Shown piece by piece: positions 1 to 10,951 of a DNA stretch of 64,000 bases. The position numbers were made by a program, and so were the translations under genes. Source of the stretch: an uncultured Clostridia bacterium (GTDB lineage Bacteria; Bacillota; Clostridia; TANB77; CAG-508); the NCBI GenBank assembly GCA_934183325.1, contig CAKPSH010000007.1:1029-65028 (forward strand). The letters run 5' to 3'. The notes beneath the pieces were generated by a model. It saw nothing but the letters and a program-made list of their open reading frames with translations. It ran no database searches and was not told where the DNA came from. The stretch's first letter is position 1, and each line of letters opens with the position of its first letter.

Positions 1-202
1 TTTCAATAATTTCTTCTATTGTTTCCTTCTTATTTTCTGTAGCTCCTGTTACCTTTGCATAATCATTATATGTAGTTTCCATCTTATATAGCATACTCAA
101 TAATAAGCTTTTTACATCTGTAGAAAAATCTTTTTCTTCTAAAATTGCCTCTAGTTGTTCATTATAATTTGTATATTTATGAAACCACTCTTTTTTTGGC
201 AT
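1..202 (-). CDS. hypothetical protein, N-terminal part only (gene runs off the left edge)
   Basis: Own reading: ATG at 202-200 opens MPKKEWFHKYTNYNEQLEAILEEKDFSTDVKSLL... with no stop down to base 2. It is absent from the ORF track because it has no in-window stop. The GGAGG at 235-231 is far from the ATG, so the start is uncertain. Confidence 0.4.
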   Translation of the reverse strand, partial: MPKKEWFHKYTNYNEQLEAILEEKDFSTDVKSLLLSMLYKMETTYNDYAKVTGATENKKETIEEIIE

Positions 203-294
203 CCCTTTTACGTTAGTTAAAAACTAACATCCTCCTTCTATAAAAATCATAATTTATATGTATTCTTTTTATATTATGTACAAATATTTTTTTA

Positions 295-2742
295 CTATTC
301 CTTGTTTTCTGTTGGGTTTGTAGTCATTTTTAATTCTTCCCATCTTTCTTTAGTCATAAGAACTTCTCTGGGTTTACTTCCCTGATATCCAGAAATAATA
401 CCTCTTTCTTCCATTTGATCTATAATTCTACCAGCACGAGCATAACCCACCTTGAATTTTCTTTGTATTGCTGAAGCTGAAGCTTGTCCCATTTCAATAA
501 CCACCTCAATTGCATCATTTAAAAATGGATCTGCATCATCTCCGCCTTCTTCCTCAAGCATTACTTTTTCTTTGTCTGATACATTTGCCTTTTCTATTTT
601 TTCAATTATTTCTTCATTATATGTTGCTTCTCCGTCTTTCTTCAAGAAACTAACTATTTTTTCAACTTCTTTATCTGATACAAAACATCCTTGTACTCTT
701 ACAGGTTTTGGAACTCCTGTTGGATAGAATAACATATCACCCTTTCCAAGTAATTTTTCTGCTCCAGCCATATCTAATATTGTTCTTGAATCTATTTGTG
801 ATGATACAGCAAATGCTATTCTTGATGGAATATTTGCTTTAATTAAACCTGTAATTACATCAACAGAAGGTCTTTGTGTTGCAATTACCAAATGCATTCC
901 TGCTGCTCTTGCTTTTTGTGCTAATCTACATATTGCGTCCTCTACATCTTTTGCTGCAACCATCATTAAATCAGCCAACTCGTCAATTATTATTACTATT
1001 TGTGGTAATTTTCCAACTACTTCTTCATCCTGCGATTCTGCTTCTGCTATAAGAGCTTGGTTATATCCTTTTATGTCTCTCACTCCTTTTGCAGCAAATA
1101 GAGCATATCTATTTTCCATTTCTTGAACTGCCCAAGCAAGAGCTCCTGCTGCTTTTCTTGGATCAGTAACAACAGGTATTAATAAATGTGGTATTCCATT
1201 ATAAACTGAAAGTTCAACAATTTTTGGATCTACCATTACAAGTTTTACTTCACTTGGTTTGGCTTTATAAATAATACTTGTAATTAAAGTATTAATACAT
1301 ACACTTTTTCCAGATCCTGTGCTTCCTGCTACAAGTAAATGTGGCATTTTTGCAATATCAGCAATTATTCTTTTTCCACTAACATCTTTTCCAAGTCCAA
1401 TAGCTAATTTTGAATTTGCAGTAACAAACTCTTCAGAATCTATTACATCTCTTAAATGTACGATTTCATTTTCAGCATTTGGTATTTCTATTCCAACAGC
1501 TTGTTTTCCTGGTATTGGAGCTTCGATTCTTATACTTTGAGCTGCAAGATTTAATGCTATATCATCTGCTAAATTTGCTATTTTATTAACTCTGACTCCC
1601 TCTGCTGGTTTTAGCTCATATCTTGTTATTGCAGGACCAATTGATACATTTTCTACTTTTGCAGATACTCCAAAACTAAATAATGTTTTTTGTAATTTTG
1701 CTGCATTGTCAGCAATTGCTTTTTTTCCCCCTTTAACTTGTTTTACTTCTCCTTTTTCTAGAATTGCTATTGGTGGGAATTCGTAATTTTCATCCTCTAC
1801 AACTTGAGTATGTTCTAATTGCAAAATTTGTTTTGTTTTTTCTTCTTTCTCTTCTTGCTGTTCTTTAAATAAATTAGCATCTATTACTTCTGGATTTATC
1901 TTTTCTTCTTTTTTATTCATGAATGGTAATTTTAAATCATATTTTCCTTTTGGAATATCGTCGTTTTCTTCATTCAAATTATTAATCGTAATTTGTTCAG
2001 GAATTTGTTCTGATATTTGATCTGAATGATCTTGTATTGCTGCAATTTCTTTACTAACTTGCTTTATTACTTTTTTCTTGTTTTTTCTTTCTGCTCTTGG
2101 TTCTTCCATTGGTATTTCCTGTTGAACATATCTTTCTTCTTCGTCATCTTCTCCTCTATTTCCGCTTAATGCTGTTAATATATTATTTATAAGTTCTCCA
2201 GGTTTTATTCCAAATGTAAATATCATTAATATTAGGGCCATTCCTACAGATATAGTTGTTGCACCTAACATTCCAAATAATTTTATCATTGGATAAGCTA
2301 TAATTGCCCCGAAAATTCCACCACCATTATTAACTTTTCCAGTTTCAAAAGCTGTATCTATAATTGATGATAAATCATCATTCATATTTATCTCATGGTT
2401 ATTTACTTGTATAATTGTCATTATTGAACATATACACATAATTGCGACTATATATTGTATAATTTTAGATTGTAAAATACTTTTGTCTTCTTTTAATAAA
2501 GTTACTCCTATTAAAAATGTGCCTATTGGTACGATATATTTTATTGGTCCCATAATCCCACCTAACCAAGGGCTTAGTGTTTTTCCAATATAACCAGACT
2601 TAATATATATTAATATTCCTAATAAAATACTTGCTATAAACATCATAAAAAATTGAAGATTTTTATCAATCTTTCTTTTTTTAACTGTTTTTCTTGTATT
2701 ACTTGTTTTTCCATTTTTTCTTCTTTTTTTCTTATTTGCCAT
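295..2742 (-). CDS. ftsK: DNA translocase FtsK/SpoIIIE
   Basis: ORF 295-2811. N-terminal TM helices, Walker [15 protein letters not shown] motif, C-terminal gamma winged helix ([32 protein letters not shown]). Start is either ATG 2742 (MANKKKRR) or ATG 2811. Confidence 0.93.
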   Translation of the reverse strand: MANKKKRRKNGKTSNTRKTVKKRKIDKNLQFFMMFIASILLGILIYIKSGYIGKTLSPWLGGIMGPIKYIVPIGTFLIGVTLLKEDKSILQSKIIQYIVAIMCICSIMTIIQVNNHEINMNDDLSSIIDTAFETGKVNNGGGIFGAIIAYPMIKLFGMLGATTISVGMALILMIFTFGIKPGELINNILTALSGNRGEDDEEERYVQQEIPMEEPRAERKNKKKVIKQVSKEIAAIQDHSDQISEQIPEQITINNLNEENDDIPKGKYDLKLPFMNKKEEKINPEVIDANLFKEQQEEKEEKTKQILQLEHTQVVEDENYEFPPIAILEKGEVKQVKGGKKAIADNAAKLQKTLFSFGVSAKVENVSIGPAITRYELKPAEGVRVNKIANLADDIALNLAAQSIRIEAPIPGKQAVGIEIPNAENEIVHLRDVIDSEEFVTANSKLAIGLGKDVSGKRIIADIAKMPHLLVAGSTGSGKSVCINTLITSIIYKAKPSEVKLVMVDPKIVELSVYNGIPHLLIPVVTDPRKAAGALAWAVQEMENRYALFAAKGVRDIKGYNQALIAEAESQDEEVVGKLPQIVIIIDELADLMMVAAKDVEDAICRLAQKARAAGMHLVIATQRPSVDVITGLIKANIPSRIAFAVSSQIDSRTILDMAGAEKLLGKGDMLFYPTGVPKPVRVQGCFVSDKEVEKIVSFLKKDGEATYNEEIIEKIEKANVSDKEKVMLEEEGGDDADPFLNDAIEVVIEMGQASASAIQRKFKVGYARAGRIIDQMEERGIISGYQGSKPREVLMTKERWEELKMTTNPTENKE

Positions 2743-2846
2743 TTTTCTCGTACTAGAATTGTAGTACTTCCTCCTTTTCTTTTCAAGCTTTTCATTTTTA
2801 TTATAACACAAAACTTAAAAATTCAACTACTTTTTTTCATTTTTAA

Positions 2847-2874
2847 AGGCAGGAGGCTTTTTCCCCTCCTGCCT
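2847..2874 (-). terminator. stem-loop after the 147-aa gene
   Basis: AGGCAGGAGG (2847-2856) pairs with CCTCCTGCCT (2865-2874), directly downstream of the stop at 2881. Confidence 0.55.
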
Positions 2875-2880
2875 CTATAA

Positions 2881-3324
2881 TTATTGTAGCTCTTTTCTAT
2901 TATTTTGAATTGTTTTTAGCGTATCAAGCAATACAACTTCTATTTTTTCTAAGATTGCATCTGCATGTTCTTTTGTTCCGTTTGAAATTTCTCTTGCCAT
3001 TTCATTAGCTGTTTGTATTATTTCATTTTTCTGTTCATAAGCTTTTCTTGTGATTTCGTTTTCATCAACCATTGCTATTATTCTATTTTCAGCTTCCTTA
3101 ACAATGTCTTCTGCCTCTTTTTGTGCTTCTACTAATATTCTTGTTCGTTCTTCTTTTACCCATTTAGCTTGTTTCAATTCTTCTGGCATTTTTAACCTAA
3201 TTTCCTTAACAAGATCTAGAGCTTCTTCTCTATCAACTATCGCTTTTCCTTTATTTGTAAATGGAATTGACTTTCCTCTTTCTAAAAGTTCTTCTATAGT
3301 ATCTAATAATGTAAATACTTCCAT
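2881..3324 (-). CDS. coiled-coil protein, tentatively V-ATPase subunit G/H-like; function unknown
   Basis: 147-aa E/K/A-rich helical ORF with AAGGAG SD upstream of the ATG. No catalytic motif recognised. Confidence 0.6.
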   Translation of the reverse strand: MEVFTLLDTIEELLERGKSIPFTNKGKAIVDREEALDLVKEIRLKMPEELKQAKWVKEERTRILVEAQKEAEDIVKEAENRIIAMVDENEITRKAYEQKNEIIQTANEMAREISNGTKEHADAILEKIEVVLLDTLKTIQNNRKELQ

Positions 3325-3339
3325 TAATTATTTCTCCTT

Positions 3340-3885
3340 TCAATTTAAGAAAAATAAACTCACTCTTCCATATTTTCTTATATCATATATGTTTATATCC
3401 AACTTTTCTAATTTTTTTTTCTTTTCATCAGCTCTGTCTGTTTCCAGGATAATTCTTCCTTCGTTTAAAAGCATATTGTTTTCTTTAATAAGTTTTATTG
3501 CTTCTACATCAAATTCTGTTTTATATGGTGGATCTAAAAATATTATATCAAATTGCTCTTTTTTTAAATATTCAATAGCTTTATTATATTCCATATTTAA
3601 AATTTTAGCCTTAGACTCAAAATGAGTTTTTGCTACATTTTCTTTTATAATTTGAACTGCTTTTTTTGAATTATCACATAAATATGCAAATTCAGCTCCT
3701 CTACTAAGAGTTTCCAATGCGAGTGCACCACTTCCAGAAAATAAATCCAATACTCTGGCTCCATATATTTTGTCTTGTATTATATTAAACAAAGATTCTT
3801 TTACTCTGTCTAGTGTTGGTCTTGTATCTAAACCTTCTAATGTATTTAATTTTGTACCTCTTGCACTACCACTTATAATTCTCAA
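3340..3885 (-). CDS. rsmD: 16S rRNA (guanine966-N2)-methyltransferase RsmD
   Basis: LDLFSGSGALALE SAM-binding motif and FLDPPY motif. TTG start preceded by GAAGGGGAAGG. Confidence 0.88.
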   Translation of the reverse strand: MRIISGSARGTKLNTLEGLDTRPTLDRVKESLFNIIQDKIYGARVLDLFSGSGALALETLSRGAEFAYLCDNSKKAVQIIKENVAKTHFESKAKILNMEYNKAIEYLKKEQFDIIFLDPPYKTEFDVEAIKLIKENNMLLNEGRIILETDRADEKKKKLEKLDINIYDIRKYGRVSLFFLN

Positions 3886-4152
3886 AAGACCTTCCCCTTC
3901 ATATTATTATATGTATATATTTTATTTCTTTCTTTGTATAAGTCAATAGTATTTACTAAAATGTAATAAAAATTTAATACTTCTGTAATATTTTTTTATA
4001 TTTTCGAAAGAATATATTATGTTGTTTGTAAATATTTACTTTTAAGTTTCTTTTAACTGTATAGTTCTCATGTTATATTACTAATAAAAGTTTTTTATTG
4101 GGAGTAAAAAGCTTTTTATAATTACAAGCATTTTTTATAGGGGGGCACAATT

Positions 4153-4476
4153 ATGGCTATTGATTATAAAATTATTGGAGAAAGATTGAAAAAAGCTAGA
4201 CTTTCTAAAAAATTAACACAAGAAAATTTAGCTGAATCATTAAATATTTCTATTGCTTATTTAAGTAGAATTGAAACTGGGACAACAAAAATCAATTTAA
4301 AACGTCTAAATGAAATTTGTAATATCTTAGAAATTTCAGAGTCTAGTATACTTTCTGGTGCAACAGATGATTCTTCAAATTACTTAAATTCAGATTTAAG
4401 TGAGATTTTAAAGAATTGTTCTCCAGAAAAGCAAAGACTTATATATAAAATTGCAAATATTATTTCTGAAAGTTAA
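4153..4476 (+). CDS. XRE-family helix-turn-helix transcriptional regulator
   Basis: N-terminal HTH_3 pattern (IGERLKKARLSKKLTQENLAESLNISIAYLSRIETG). GGGGGG SD upstream of the ATG. Confidence 0.85.
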   Translation: MAIDYKIIGERLKKARLSKKLTQENLAESLNISIAYLSRIETGTTKINLKRLNEICNILEISESSILSGATDDSSNYLNSDLSEILKNCSPEKQRLIYKIANIISES

Positions 4477-4499
4477 TTTCAACTTAATTATTTTTAAAC

Positions 4500-4532
4500 C
4501 CAAGAATTTTTCAAATAAATTCTTGGTTTTTT
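4500..4532 (+). terminator. intrinsic terminator of the XRE gene
   Basis: CCAAGAATTT (4500-4509) pairs with AAATTCTTGG (4517-4526), followed by a T-run. Confidence 0.7.
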
Positions 4533-4662
4533 CTTTATTTTATTGCTAGAATTTTTATCAATCCAATTTTAATTTTTTCTTTTTTAAGCCTTTTAGATTT
4601 TTATACACTATTATAAAACTTTTTTATATTTTATTTTTTGAATTTAAAAACCTCAATATTAT

Positions 4663-4697
4663 AAAAACCGCCCCTCGAAGTAAACTTCGAAGGGCGG
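4663..4697 (-). terminator. GC-rich intrinsic terminator of the secreted-protein cassette
   Basis: 13-bp stem, CCGCCCCTCGAAG (4668-4680) with CTTCGAAGGGCGG (4685-4697). U-tract lies on the minus strand (A-run 4663-4667). Confidence 0.8.
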
Positions 4698-4712
4698 GGA
4701 GGATTTTCCTGT

Positions 4713-5222
4713 TTAACTAGCAGTATCCATGCTTGAAGTCGCATAGTTAAACAGGGTCAGAGCAGTCTGCCAGTTTACCGGTCCAACCGAGAAACTGTAG
4801 CCTGCGTCCGAGCCAGAATACTGACTCGTGGTAATCGTCAATCCTTCAATAGGCGACGTTACCTGATGACTTTGGTCATAGGTATTTCCCTTGACTGTAA
4901 AGTCAAAGTACATTCCATTGACCATCGAGCCGTGAATACGTACCGAGCTTCCCTGTCCAAAGCCGTAGCTTTGCCAGTTACCCGAGCCAAGGTCAATCGT
5001 CTGATCAACCTGATCCCAGTTAGACTGGTTCATGTTGATACTACCTCCGAACATCAGCATCGGCAGCATCATCTGCATCTGGTTAGGCATCATCGCCGTG
5101 ATCGAAGCAGTTGTGCCTGTCGTTTGATTGCCATCAATCGGCTGCCAGTTTCCTGCGAGAGAGCCACCAGTCAGCAAATTGAAAAGCAGTGAAAGAATGA
5201 CGAGCAGAATTTGGATATTCAT
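4713..5222 (-). CDS. secreted protein of unknown function (signal peptide, Q/N/M/G/S/T-rich)
   Basis: ORF 4713-5270, start moved to ATG 5222 (MNIQILLVILSLLFNLLTGGSLAG...), 7 nt after GGAGG (5234-5230). Hydrophobic signal-like N-terminus. DNA is much more GC-rich than the flanks (32/60 G+C at 4921-4980). Confidence 0.7.
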   Translation of the reverse strand: MNIQILLVILSLLFNLLTGGSLAGNWQPIDGNQTTGTTASITAMMPNQMQMMLPMLMFGGSINMNQSNWDQVDQTIDLGSGNWQSYGFGQGSSVRIHGSMVNGMYFDFTVKGNTYDQSHQVTSPIEGLTITTSQYSGSDAGYSFSVGPVNWQTALTLFNYATSSMDTAS

Positions 5223-5282
5223 TATATATCCTCCTTTTTGAATGTGCCTATGTGAGAGACTTTCTCTCACTCGTACACTTTT

Positions 5283-5311
5283 ATTTTACCCTATTTTTAC
5301 ATTTTTGTCAA
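5283..5311 (-). promoter_or_regulatory. sigma-A type promoter of the secreted-protein cassette
   Basis: Minus strand reads TTGACA (5311-5306), a 17-nt spacer, then TAAAAT (5288-5283). The leader carries the hairpin GTGAGAG/CTCTCAC (5252-5270). Confidence 0.55.
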
Positions 5312-5504
5312 TTTTATAACTGATATCTATTACTTAAACATTTAAATCCTCTTAAAATTCTTATTTAATAAATACTTAATTTAAATAGTTATTATCTTAC
5401 ATCTTCTATTATCATTAATTTATTAAAATAAGATGAACTATTGCATACATTTTATAACAGTAAAGTCCTATACGCATTGATATTGCATATAGGACTTTTT
5501 ATTC

Positions 5505-5591
5505 TGGTGCCGCTGGTGGGACTCGAACCCACACACCATTGCTGGTAACAGATTTTGAGTCTGCCTCGTCTACCAATTCCAACACAGCGGC
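5505..5591 (-). tRNA. tRNA-Leu (anticodon CAA)
   Basis: Reverse complement GCCGCTGTGTTGGAATTGGTAGAC...CTCAAAA...GGTTCGAGTCCCACCAGCGGCACCA. It has a long variable arm, a 7-bp acceptor stem and an encoded CCA. Confidence 0.9.
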
Positions 5592-5654
5592 ATATTAATT
5601 TTGCTTATTAATATTAACATCTTTTACTAATTTTGTAAAGAGCTTTTTTACATT

Positions 5655-6134
5655 TTATCTGTGATATGTTTCATTATTAGCAATCTTAAACCCTCTAAAT
5701 ATTTGTTCCAATAGAAAAACTCTTATTAACTGATGTGGAAATGTCATTTTAGAAAAGCATATTTTTTCTTTTGAAGTTTTTAGCACTTCATCTCCTATTC
5801 CTAAAGTTCCTCCAATAACAAATGTTATCGAACTACTGTAATTTGAAATATTCTCAATCTTTTTAGAAAATTCTTCAGATGTTAACTCTTTTCCTTTTAA
5901 ATCCAAACATACACAATAAGTTTCTTTTTTTAGATGTTCCAGCATTTTTTTAGCTTCTATGTCTTTTATTCCTTTTATAACACTGTTGCTAAGTTTTTCT
6001 GGAACCTTTTCATCTGGTATTTCAATTATATTTAATTTACAATATTTAGATAATCTTTTTGAATATTCATTTATTGCATCTTTCAAGTAATTTTCTTTAA
6101 TTTTTCCAACACACAATATATTTATTGTTAACAT
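5655..6134 (-). CDS. rlmH: 23S rRNA (pseudouridine1915-N3)-methyltransferase RlmH
   Basis: 159-aa SPOUT protein with the typical RlmH layout (MLTINILCVGKIKE..., C-terminal FPHQLIRVFLLEQIFRGFKI). Confidence 0.88.
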   Translation of the reverse strand: MLTINILCVGKIKENYLKDAINEYSKRLSKYCKLNIIEIPDEKVPEKLSNSVIKGIKDIEAKKMLEHLKKETYCVCLDLKGKELTSEEFSKKIENISNYSSSITFVIGGTLGIGDEVLKTSKEKICFSKMTFPHQLIRVFLLEQIFRGFKIANNETYHR

Positions 6135-6279
6135 TTTTACCTCTTTTATTTACTCTAATTTATATAACAGGGAAGTATTTTGCTTCCCTATTATATAATC
6201 TACAAATCTTTTATAATACTTATTATCTTTCAAAATCAAATAACTTTTTATGCAAATTATTTTTTATCTGTTTTAATTA

Positions 6280-7572
6280 TTATTTATTTTCGTAACCAGG
6301 TTTTCCTAGTAATCTAAACATATTTTTCTTATATTCTTCTACTCCTGGTTGATTAAATGGATTAACTCCTAAAATACTTCCAGACATTGCACATGCAAGT
6401 TCAAAGAAATAAATTAACGCACCTAGATTTTCTTCATTCAAAGTTTCTAAATCAATTAGAACATTTGGAACTCCTCCATTTACATGTGCTTGGATTGTTC
6501 CTTCCATAGCTTTTTTACAAACATAATCTAATGTTTTTCCTGCGACAAAATTCATTCCATCTAAGTTATCTTCATCTTTTTTTATCTCAATATCTGATTG
6601 TGGTTTTACAACATTTATAACTGTTTCAATTAAATTTCTTTGTCCTTGTTGTATATATTGTCCCATAGAATGTAAATCAGTTGTGAAATCAACTCCAGCA
6701 GGGAAAATTCCTTTTTCATCTTTTCCTTCGCTTTCTCCAAATAGTTGTTTCCACCATTCTACAAAATAATGTAATTTAGGATTATAGTTAGCTAATATCT
6801 CAATCTCTTTACCATCATCGTATAAAATATTTCTTGATACAGCATATTGATAGCATTCATTATATTTTAAATCTGATTCAGAATATTTTACTTGTGCCAT
6901 TCTTGCTCCAGCCATTAAGTCATCAATATTTATTCCTGCAACAGCTATTGGTAGAAGTCCAACCGCCGTTAAAACTGAGTATCTTCCTCCTATATTATCT
7001 GGTACAATAAATGTCTCATATCCTTCTTCATTTGCAAGTTGTTTTAAAGCACCTTTTTCTTTATCAGTAGTTACATATATTCTTTTTCTTGCTTCTTCTA
7101 ATCCATATTTACTTTCTAGAAATTCTCTAAAAATTCTAAATGCTATTGCTGGTTCTGTTGTTGTTCCTGATTTTGATATTACATTTATTGATATATCCTT
7201 ATTTCCAATAGCATTTAACATTTCATTCAAATAATCAGAGCTTAAATTATTTCCTGCATAATATATTTGTATTCCATTCTTATCAAAACTATCTGTTAAT
7301 GCTTCTATTACAGCTCTAGCTCCTAAATATGACCCTCCTATTCCAATACATACAAAAACCTTAGAATCATTTCTAATCTTTTCAGCTGCTTTTTTTATTT
7401 TCTCAAATTCTTCTTTGTTATATGTTGTTGGTAATTCTATCCATCCTAAAAATTCTCTTTCATCATTTGCTTTTTCTCTTAATTCATTATCTATTTTTTT
7501 CACTTTTTCCTTATATTCCATCACTTTTTGGTTATCAATTCCAGTATTTTCTAAATTAACTTTAATATTCAT
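6280..7572 (-). CDS. pgi: glucose-6-phosphate isomerase
   Basis: 430-aa Firmicutes-type PGI with [20 protein letters not shown] and [14 protein letters not shown] motifs. Confidence 0.93.
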   Translation of the reverse strand: MNIKVNLENTGIDNQKVMEYKEKVKKIDNELREKANDEREFLGWIELPTTYNKEEFEKIKKAAEKIRNDSKVFVCIGIGGSYLGARAVIEALTDSFDKNGIQIYYAGNNLSSDYLNEMLNAIGNKDISINVISKSGTTTEPAIAFRIFREFLESKYGLEEARKRIYVTTDKEKGALKQLANEEGYETFIVPDNIGGRYSVLTAVGLLPIAVAGINIDDLMAGARMAQVKYSESDLKYNECYQYAVSRNILYDDGKEIEILANYNPKLHYFVEWWKQLFGESEGKDEKGIFPAGVDFTTDLHSMGQYIQQGQRNLIETVINVVKPQSDIEIKKDEDNLDGMNFVAGKTLDYVCKKAMEGTIQAHVNGGVPNVLIDLETLNEENLGALIYFFELACAMSGSILGVNPFNQPGVEEYKKNMFRLLGKPGYENK

Positions 7573-7698
7573 ATACTAATTCACCCTTTCTCTTATGATT
7601 TTCTATTTTATAATAACATTTTCATTAATGCAAGTTATTATTATAAAATATCAAGAATCTATATTAGAATAACAAAGTAGATAACTTTCCTAGAAAGA

Positions 7699-7728
7699 TA
7701 AAAAAAATACAGATATCAATATCTGTAT
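7699..7728 (-). terminator. intrinsic terminator of rpmE
   Basis: ATACAGATAT/ATATCTGTAT hairpin (7707-7728) followed on the minus strand by a U-tract (A-run 7700-7706). Confidence 0.7.
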
Positions 7729-7736
7729 CCTTATTA

Positions 7737-7937
7737 TTAAGCAAGTCCATATTTCTTCTTGAATTTTTCTGCTCTTCCACCTGTTGTATTTTGTTTTAAA
7801 TTTCCTGTCCAAAATGGATGACATTTAGAACATATATCAACACTCATAGATTTTTTTGTTGACATTGTTTTTATAACATTTCCACAAGCACAAGTAATTG
7901 TACTTTCTACAAATTCTGGATGTATTCCTTCTTTCAT
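7737..7937 (-). CDS. rpmE: 50S ribosomal protein L31
   Basis: MKEGIHPEF... with CxxC...[10 protein letters not shown] zinc motif, 66 aa. Confidence 0.95.
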   Translation of the reverse strand: MKEGIHPEFVESTITCACGNVIKTMSTKKSMSVDICSKCHPFWTGNLKQNTTGGRAEKFKKKYGLA

Positions 7938-7983
7938 TTTGTATTCACCTCTTCCTTATATCTTCTTATAATTAAAAACTATT

Positions 7984-8160
7984 TTATTTTTGAATTTTGT
8001 TTTCAGTGTTTTCTGTATTTTCATGAGTAATAACATATTCAGCTGACTGAAGAATTGCATTTTTTAAAGATGTTTTATTTATTAGCTTAATTGTTATATT
8101 AAATAAAACAGCTATTATTAAAATAAAAAAACCAATTTGTTTCCAATATTTAGCTAACAT
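7984..8160 (-). CDS. small membrane protein, unknown function
   Basis: ORF 7984-8193. TTGACA-17-TATAAT ends just before 8193, so the start is moved to MLAKYWKQ (ATG 8160) after AAGGAGAGG. One TM helix. Confidence 0.5.
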   Translation of the reverse strand: MLAKYWKQIGFFILIIAVLFNITIKLINKTSLKNAILQSAEYVITHENTENTENKIQK

Positions 8161-8329
8161 AATTATCCTCTCCTTAAAAACATAACAATACATATTATAT
8201 ATTCTTTTCCTGACTTTGTCAACAATAAATTTTACATTTAAGTTGACTTATGGTATATTGTTAGACAAATTGTATAAGATATTTATTTTTCAAAATATCT
8301 CATACAATTCTAAACACTTTTATTATATT

Positions 8330-10462
8330 CTAGTTTTCTTCTTTATTAGTTTCTTCTTCATCTGGTTCAAATTCTTTATGTGTTAAGTTTATTCTTCCTT
8401 GATCATCTATTTCATAAACTCTAACTTTTACAATATCTCCAACCTTCAAAACATCTTCTACTTTGTTTACTCTTTTTTTAGATATTTTTGAAATATGAAG
8501 TAATCCTTCTTTTCCACATCCAACATCCACAAAAGCTCCAAATTGCATTAATCTTGTAACTTTTCCTTCATAGATTCCATCAACTTCAATTTCTTTTACA
8601 ATTTCTTTTACCATCTCTAAAGCTCTATTTCCACTTTCTGGATTTGTTGCATATATAAATACATTACCATCTTCTTCAATATCCATTTTAACTCCTGTTT
8701 CATCAATAATTTTATTGATTACTTTTCCACCAGGCCCTATTACATCTTTGATCTTTTCTACTTTAATTTTTGTTGTAATTATTTTTGGTGCATATTTAGA
8801 TATTTCTTCTCTTGGTTTTGATATTTGTGGTGCCATAATTTGATCTAATATATACATTCTTGCAATTCTTGTTCTTTCAAATGCTTGTGCTATTATGTCA
8901 TAAGTTAATCCATCTATTTTTATATCAACTTGAATTGCTGTTATACCTTTATGTGTTCCACCAACTTTAAAATCCATATCTCCAAAGAAATCCTCTAATC
9001 CTTGAATATCTGTTAACATAACATATCTATTTGGATCATTTGCATCAGTTACAAGTCCTGTTGAAATACCTGCTACTGGTGTTTTTATCGGAACTCCTGC
9101 ATCCATAAGTGCTAATGTACTGCCACATATACTTGCTTGAGATGTTGAACCATTAGAGCTTAATACTTCTGATACAACTCTTATTGCATAAGGAAATTCT
9201 TCTACAGATGGTAATACTGGAACTAATGCTTTTTCAGCTAATGCTCCATGTCCTATTTCACGTCTTCCTGGTCCTCTAGATGTTCTAGCTTCTCCAACAC
9301 TGTATGCTGGGAAATTATATTGGTGCATATATCTTTTTGATGTTTGTTCATCAAGTCCATCTAATTCTTGTTCTTCGCTCATCATTCCAAGAGTTGCAAC
9401 AGATAATACTTGTGTTTGTCCACGTGTGAATATTGCACTTCCATGTACTCTAGGAAGTACTCCTACTTCACAAGAAAGAGGTCTAATTTCATCTAATTTT
9501 CTTCCATCAGGACGTTTATGTTCTTCAAGAATCATCTTTCTAACACATTTTTTCTCTAATTTATATAGAATTTCTCCTATTTCTTGTTTTCTTTTTTCTA
9601 CTTCTTCTTCGCCAAGTTCATTTTTTAAGTATTCCATTACTTCTTCTTTTATTTTATCAACATTTGCATCTCTTACTGTCTTATCTATTTCTTGTACATC
9701 ATTGTACATTCTGTCTTCGTATTTTTCTGCAATTTTATCAAATAAATCATGATCAACTTCAAATGATTTATAAGCAAATTTTGGTTTACCTATTTCAGCT
9801 TTTATGTCTGAAATAAATTTGCATAATTTTTTTATTTCAACATGTGCTTGCTTAATTGCTTCTAGCATAATGTCATCTGGTATTTCATTTGCTCCTGCTT
9901 CAATCATTGCAATCTTTTCTTCTGTTCCTGCTACTGTTAATGTTAAATCTGTCTTTTCTCTTTGTTCTAATGTTGGATTTATTACAATTTGTCCATCAAC
10001 ATATCCTACATTAACCGCAGCTGTTGGTCCACCAAATGGAATATCTGATATTGATAGTGCTGCTGATGCACCAATCATTGCTGCAACTTCTGGTGAATTA
10101 TCTGGTTCTACTGATAATACAGTTGCAATTACACATACATCATTTCTAAAATCTTTTGGGAATAAAGGTCTTAAAGGTCTATCAATTGCTCTTGATGTTA
10201 AAATAGCCTTATCCGCTGGTTTTCCCTCTCTTTTTGTAAAACTTCCTGGTATTTTTCCTGCAGCATATAATTTTTCTTCATAATCTACTGATAATGGGAA
10301 AAAGTCAATTCCTTCCTTTGGCTCTTTAGATGCTGTAACATTTACCATTACAACAGTTTCTCCATATCTAACCCAAACGCTTCCATTAGCTAGTTCTGAT
10401 GTTTTTCCACTTTCGATTACAAGTTTTCTTCCTGCAAGTTCTGTTTCAAATGTTCTAAACAT
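8330..10462 (-). CDS. pnp: polyribonucleotide nucleotidyltransferase (PNPase)
   Basis: 710 aa with two RNase PH domains, then KH and S1 domains (FGAFVDVGCGKEGLLHIS). Confidence 0.97.
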   Translation of the reverse strand: MFRTFETELAGRKLVIESGKTSELANGSVWVRYGETVVMVNVTASKEPKEGIDFFPLSVDYEEKLYAAGKIPGSFTKREGKPADKAILTSRAIDRPLRPLFPKDFRNDVCVIATVLSVEPDNSPEVAAMIGASAALSISDIPFGGPTAAVNVGYVDGQIVINPTLEQREKTDLTLTVAGTEEKIAMIEAGANEIPDDIMLEAIKQAHVEIKKLCKFISDIKAEIGKPKFAYKSFEVDHDLFDKIAEKYEDRMYNDVQEIDKTVRDANVDKIKEEVMEYLKNELGEEEVEKRKQEIGEILYKLEKKCVRKMILEEHKRPDGRKLDEIRPLSCEVGVLPRVHGSAIFTRGQTQVLSVATLGMMSEEQELDGLDEQTSKRYMHQYNFPAYSVGEARTSRGPGRREIGHGALAEKALVPVLPSVEEFPYAIRVVSEVLSSNGSTSQASICGSTLALMDAGVPIKTPVAGISTGLVTDANDPNRYVMLTDIQGLEDFFGDMDFKVGGTHKGITAIQVDIKIDGLTYDIIAQAFERTRIARMYILDQIMAPQISKPREEISKYAPKIITTKIKVEKIKDVIGPGGKVINKIIDETGVKMDIEEDGNVFIYATNPESGNRALEMVKEIVKEIEVDGIYEGKVTRLMQFGAFVDVGCGKEGLLHISKISKKRVNKVEDVLKVGDIVKVRVYEIDDQGRINLTHKEFEPDEEETNKEEN

Positions 10463-10687
10463 ATTTTTACCTCTTTTCTTCTTTTTTGGAGATTCTACAT
10501 TTCTCCTTGCATAAATTAGTTTGTAACTTCGATAATGTTCTAATTAGTATCGTATTTTTAGAATATTATCCAAGCTACCTCTAATTTATGCCCTATTTAG
10601 TTTAATAGGACGCTTGTAATAATCAAACGTCCTACTAATTTGGCGCATTTCAACTCGCCCAAATCACAGAACATACAATTTCTGTGA

Positions 10688-10951
10688 TTATTTTCTTAAA
10701 CCTAATTTTTCAACGATTTCTCTGTATTTTTCAACATCGTTTTTCTCTAAGTAGTTAAGTAAATTTCTTCTCTTACCTACCATTTTTAAAAGTCCACGTC
10801 TAGAATGATTATCTTTTTTATGAACTTTTAAGTGCTCTGTTAATTCTTTGATTCTTTCTGTTAAAAGAGCTATTTGTACTTCAGAAGATCCTGTATCTTT
10901 TTCGTCTCTTCTATAAGTAGCTATAATTTCTTGTTTTCTTTCTGCTGTCAT
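10688..10951 (-). CDS. rpsO: 30S ribosomal protein S15
   Basis: 87 aa, ...[35 protein letters not shown]... A hairpin (10663-10688) abuts the stop (rpsO terminator / pnp leader). Confidence 0.97.
   Translation of the reverse strand: MTAERKQEIIATYRRDEKDTGSSEVQIALLTERIKELTEHLKVHKKDNHSRRGLLKMVGKRRNLLNYLEKNDVEKYREIVEKLGLRK

Noticed and set aside
452-1540. Plus-strand ORFs 452-727 and 1319-1540 inside ftsK. The same applies to 3050-3625, 9426-9752, 9804-10283, 22734-23099, 24286-24690, 28542-28808, 41073-41489, 43191-43856, 45171-45705, 47768-48196, 50447-51121 and 54917-55240.
   Set aside because: These are antisense shadow ORFs inside well-supported genes. Their translations are low-complexity (S/F/I/L-rich), they have no SD, and such ORFs are typical of an AT-rich genome with few stop codons on the antisense strand.
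4866-5192. Plus-strand 108-aa ORF antisense to the secreted-protein gene. The same applies to 55655-55999, 56871-57071 and 57387-57725 in the island.
   Set aside because: GC-richer DNA gives long antisense frames. None of them has an SD, promoter or terminator, whereas every minus-strand ORF has a complete set of signals.
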